Below are positions 61,358 to 64,000 of a stretch of 64,000 nucleotides of DNA, one piece after another (the stretch's first letter is position 1; each line of letters opens with the position of its first letter). Source of the stretch: an uncultured candidatus Porisulfidus sp. (lineage in GTDB: Bacteria; Pseudomonadota; Gammaproteobacteria; Poriferisulfidales; Poriferisulfidaceae); assembly GCA_965116025.1 (NCBI GenBank), contig OZ220480.1, positions 1,408,001 through 1,472,000 of the forward strand, given 5' to 3'. The notes beneath the pieces were generated by a model. The model was not told the origin of the DNA and made no database searches. It was given only the letters and a program-made list of their open reading frames with translations. Both the position numbers and the translations under genes were made by a program.

Positions 61358-61486
61358 GGGGCGATGGCGTCGGAATGGCTCATTTATGCTTATTATGCGT
61401 CACGCGCTCGCCGATGGCCGAAGTGACCGTCATTTTCGTCATCATTTGGTGCATGATTATGATGTCATCATGAGTGGAGGCCCGTA

Positions 61487-61682
61487 GTGAGAACGATCCT
61501 GAACATTGACGAGACGCTTTTGGCTCAGGCACGGCTTCTGACCGATATCGAATCGAAGTCGAAGCTGGTTCGCGAGGTGCCGGTCGCGCGCTGGTGGAAC
61601 GGGATAGCGCGCGTCATCTCGCGCGTCTCGACGGTAGTCAGCTAAGTCTACAGGACGTTTCGCTCCGGAGCCTAACCGATGA
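61487..61682 (+). pseudogene. VapB-type antitoxin, frameshifted
   Basis: ggagg + GTG; MRTILNIDETLLAQARLLT..LVRE, then in another frame RALVERDSARHLARLDGS. Confidence 0.7.
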
Positions 61683-61930
61683 TTCTGGTTGGCGCGTCCG
61701 TTTAGGTCGAGCGCTTTCGCGGCGGCAACGAGTCTCTGTCGCGCTTGCTTGGCGACGGTCAGGTGGGAATTCATCCTTTCGTGATCGGCGAGATCGCCTG
61801 CGGCGATTTCACGGCGCGTGGGGAGATCCTGTCGATGCTTGAGTGCCTTCCCGCCATGCCCGTGGCGACGCGTTCCGAAGCGTTATTCTTTCTGGAGCGG
61901 AATCATATCGGAGGGAACGGTATCGGCTAC
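61679..61930 (+). pseudogene. VapC PIN-domain toxin, premature stop and 3' truncation
   Basis: MILVGASV* (degenerate MILVDTSVW), HPFVIGEIACG, similarity ends at GIGY. Confidence 0.75.
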
Positions 61931-62025
61931 GCGGAGAAGGGTTTGCTCAACGAGTGTACGCGTGGGAAGACGGTCGCCTTGGATATCCGGCGAATTTCCG
62001 CCCCCTTTCGCTCGTGCCCTTGAAA

Positions 62026-63273
62026 TCAGGAATTAGCGTTCTCCCTTTTGTGGAATACTACTCTCAAATAGTCCTCTGTCGCATCAAATTCCGGTTCCGT
62101 TCCGTTGCATTCCTTCAAGAGAGGAATGATTTTTTTGCGCACTCCCATCCCGCGCGCGTCGACGTATCCATAATCGCGAAGCACCTCTACAATCAGGCGG
62201 TTGCGCGCCGATCTTTGGCCCGCGATCATCTTCTTGACTGTCATGGAATTCTGCAATGCGCCGGGGCTAATAATTTCGAGCCGATTCGCATAGCGCGCAA
62301 CCTCAATCTCTTCGTTCCGGGTCCAATCTCGGTGGGCCACCGCGTTCACGAGAGCCTCCCGAATCGCCTCTATGGGATAGAGCCAGCGACGTTCGCGACG
62401 CATAGAATCTCCGACTTCCGCGATTTCTTCTGATACGAACGGTCGCATCGCATCGATAAGATTCTCAAGAAGACCTTTTTCCACGACTTTCGCGCCGCCG
62501 CCGGGAAATGGATTTCGTAGGCCGACCAGAGGCCCGTCAAGAGTTTGATCATCAAGAGCGCTGTAGCTTTTATCATCGCCGTCGAACGCCATCCATCGGA
62601 TGCCTCCCTGACGTAAGAACCTTCGTGGGGAATGCCCAAAAAGCATGATGCCGGCGATCGTGCATACTGGAGGCTCGCTCCCCAACTGGCTCATGAAACT
62701 CAGTCCGCAAAGCCGTTCGTGCCATTCCGAATCCCTTTTCGGAACCTCCTTGTCCCCCATTATCGTGAACAGATAGTCCTTCAGCCGATCCTGACTGAGA
62801 TGGGCCAGTCCACTGCCCGATACCGGTAACAACTCTGCGTGTAGCATGCCCCCTAAAGCGTGCAGCCGCGCCTGTTGCTCTCGCGTCGCTGGCCGGGACA
62901 CGCTCCCTATACGGATATAGACATCTTCCCGGCCCCTATCACGCACGACATAAGGCTTGGTCGCGCCCTGGCTCACGGTAATCACCGCGACCCAACCCTG
63001 CTTGTCGACTCGAATCTCCTCATAGAATGGGATGATGGTCGGGTGAACATAGCGACCGAAGACCGTGTCCATTACCCAGCGTTCCAAGTCCTCGCGCTGA
63101 ATGCCGCTAATGGTCCCGTCATCGTCCACGCCAAGCAAAATACGCCCACCCTTAAAATTGGCTAAAGCCACGACCTCCTTGGCAAGTTGCTCGGGACGAA
63201 TATCATCTCGCTTAAATTCCACTCCAGAATTCTCGCCATTCGCTATCAATTCCAATAGATCTACTTTGGTCAT
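62026..63273 (-). CDS. AlbA_2/Schlafen-domain protein with HATPase_c_4 (RecG-C-like) domain
   Basis: GENSGVEFK, VALANFKGG..LGVDDDG; AIREALVNAVAHRD, ISPG, RNRLI..RGMG; lower GC. Confidence 0.85.
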   Translation of the reverse strand: MTKVDLLELIANGENSGVEFKRDDIRPEQLAKEVVALANFKGGRILLGVDDDGTISGIQREDLERWVMDTVFGRYVHPTIIPFYEEIRVDKQGWVAVITVSQGATKPYVVRDRGREDVYIRIGSVSRPATREQQARLHALGGMLHAELLPVSGSGLAHLSQDRLKDYLFTIMGDKEVPKRDSEWHERLCGLSFMSQLGSEPPVCTIAGIMLFGHSPRRFLRQGGIRWMAFDGDDKSYSALDDQTLDGPLVGLRNPFPGGGAKVVEKGLLENLIDAMRPFVSEEIAEVGDSMRRERRWLYPIEAIREALVNAVAHRDWTRNEEIEVARYANRLEIISPGALQNSMTVKKMIAGQRSARNRLIVEVLRDYGYVDARGMGVRKKIIPLLKECNGTEPEFDATEDYLRVVFHKRENANS

Positions 63274-63489
63274 TCTTTAAAATGCTGAACGCCGTTTCAA
63301 TTCGTGAGCGTGACGGCATTGTAACCCAGTGAGAGCGGCCAGAACGGTAGGATTGCGAAGAGGATTGGCCGCGTTCCGTCTGAAGAGAGTCAACCTTCCC
63401 CGGACGGAAAATTGCTGCGCCAATGCTTTCCCCCTCGGACTTACAGAAGCCGGGACATCTCTTCCCGCCAGGCGCGAACCATCTCCGAT

Positions 63490-63589
63490 TCCGCTCCGAA
63501 AAAGCCTCGTTCGGCGCGCGCCATCCTAAACAGCACTGAGACTGGTTGCTCAGGCGGTCCTCCACCGCCCGTGCCTCCTCCAGGACCAT
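63490..63589 (-). pseudogene. IS30-family transposase C-terminal remnant
   Basis: EEARAVEDRLSNQSQCCLGWRAPNEAF resembles the IS30 terminal motif LNxRPRKxLGWxTPxE. Confidence 0.55.
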
Positions 63590-63591
63590 GT

Positions 63592-63717
63592 ATGGGATGG
63601 TTCGCGCCGTTTCCCTGCTTGGCCTTGAGCGGGCGCAATGGGAGTACGACCAACCCATAGCGAAAGCGGGACGAACCTATGAAGCGGACTCCATATCAAC
63701 TCGCCATCGCCCATCTG
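63592..63717 (+). mobile_element. Diverged left-end remnant of the same IS1111-type element
   Basis: Aligns with reverse complement of about 7540-7666, including IR atggttcgcgcc and first transposase codons MKRTPYQLAIAHL. Confidence 0.88.
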
Positions 63718-63834
63718 CGAGGCGCGGATCTGTCCGAGCATGCGCGAAATCCCGGGCTGGCCAAACATCGTCAAAATCGATTAGCTCGGAAATCGGGGGA
63801 TTCTGGAAACCGAAGTTTGGTCATCTTCGCGCCT

Positions 63835-63843
63835 TGATATAAT
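63835..63843 (+). promoter_or_regulatory. Extended -10 promoter of third autotransporter
   Basis: TGaTATAAT 34 nt before ATG 63878. Confidence 0.6.
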
Positions 63844-63877
63844 CCGCCTTGATCATTCATCGTCGTGAGAGGCTTTC

Positions 63878-64000
63878 ATGAGAGCTACCCTGCATTTTTC
63901 TGATACCGTCCGCGCCGCGCTTCGCGGGGCTTCGTCGTCTTCCCGCGTAGGGGGGGGGGGGGGGGGGGGGCATAGCCTCCGTTTCCTGACCGTTCTGGCC
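63878..64000 (+). CDS. 5' end of a probable third autotransporter, in frame (G21), truncated by window edge
   Basis: MRATLHFSDTVRAALRGASSSSRV-G7-HSLRFLTVLA; leader homologous to 54313-54436. Confidence 0.75.
   Translation, partial: MRATLHFSDTVRAALRGASSSSRVGGGGGGGHSLRFLTVLA
63950..63970 (+). repeat. Poly-G tract (21 G)
   Basis: Direct count. Confidence 0.9.

Overview
High-GC gammaproteobacterial chromosome segment; aprMBA suggests sulfur oxidation, and the accessory content fits a host-associated lifestyle (inference). The backbone is conserved housekeeping synteny: perM-bcp; dapA-bamC; folE2; aceEF-lpd; hemA-prfA-prmC; TPR-lolB-ispE-tRNA-Gln-prs; aprMBA; thrS-infC-rpmI-rplT-pheST-ihfA-merR-tRNA-Pro; lepB-rnc-era-recO-pdxJ-cysM; map-glnD and dapD-yffB-dapE. 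The main accessory signals are: (1) three paralogous autotransporter loci, two with visible 5' ends carrying a poly-G tract at codon 25 in near-identical flanks (G22 = out of frame, G21 = in frame), plus a swapped variable block between paralogs; (2) an IS1111-type IS110 element whose non-coding end contains short matches to its own insertion site and circle junction (putative bridge RNA), with a 648-bp partial self-duplication joined at the CAT core; (3) a three-unit tandem array of a structured leader plus a small membrane-anchored coiled-coil gene with a variable repeat count; (4) a low-GC type I R-M operon with an MNT-HEPN pair embedded between hsdM and hsdS, next to a complete IS1595. All calls come from reading the sequence and ORF track; no searches were run.
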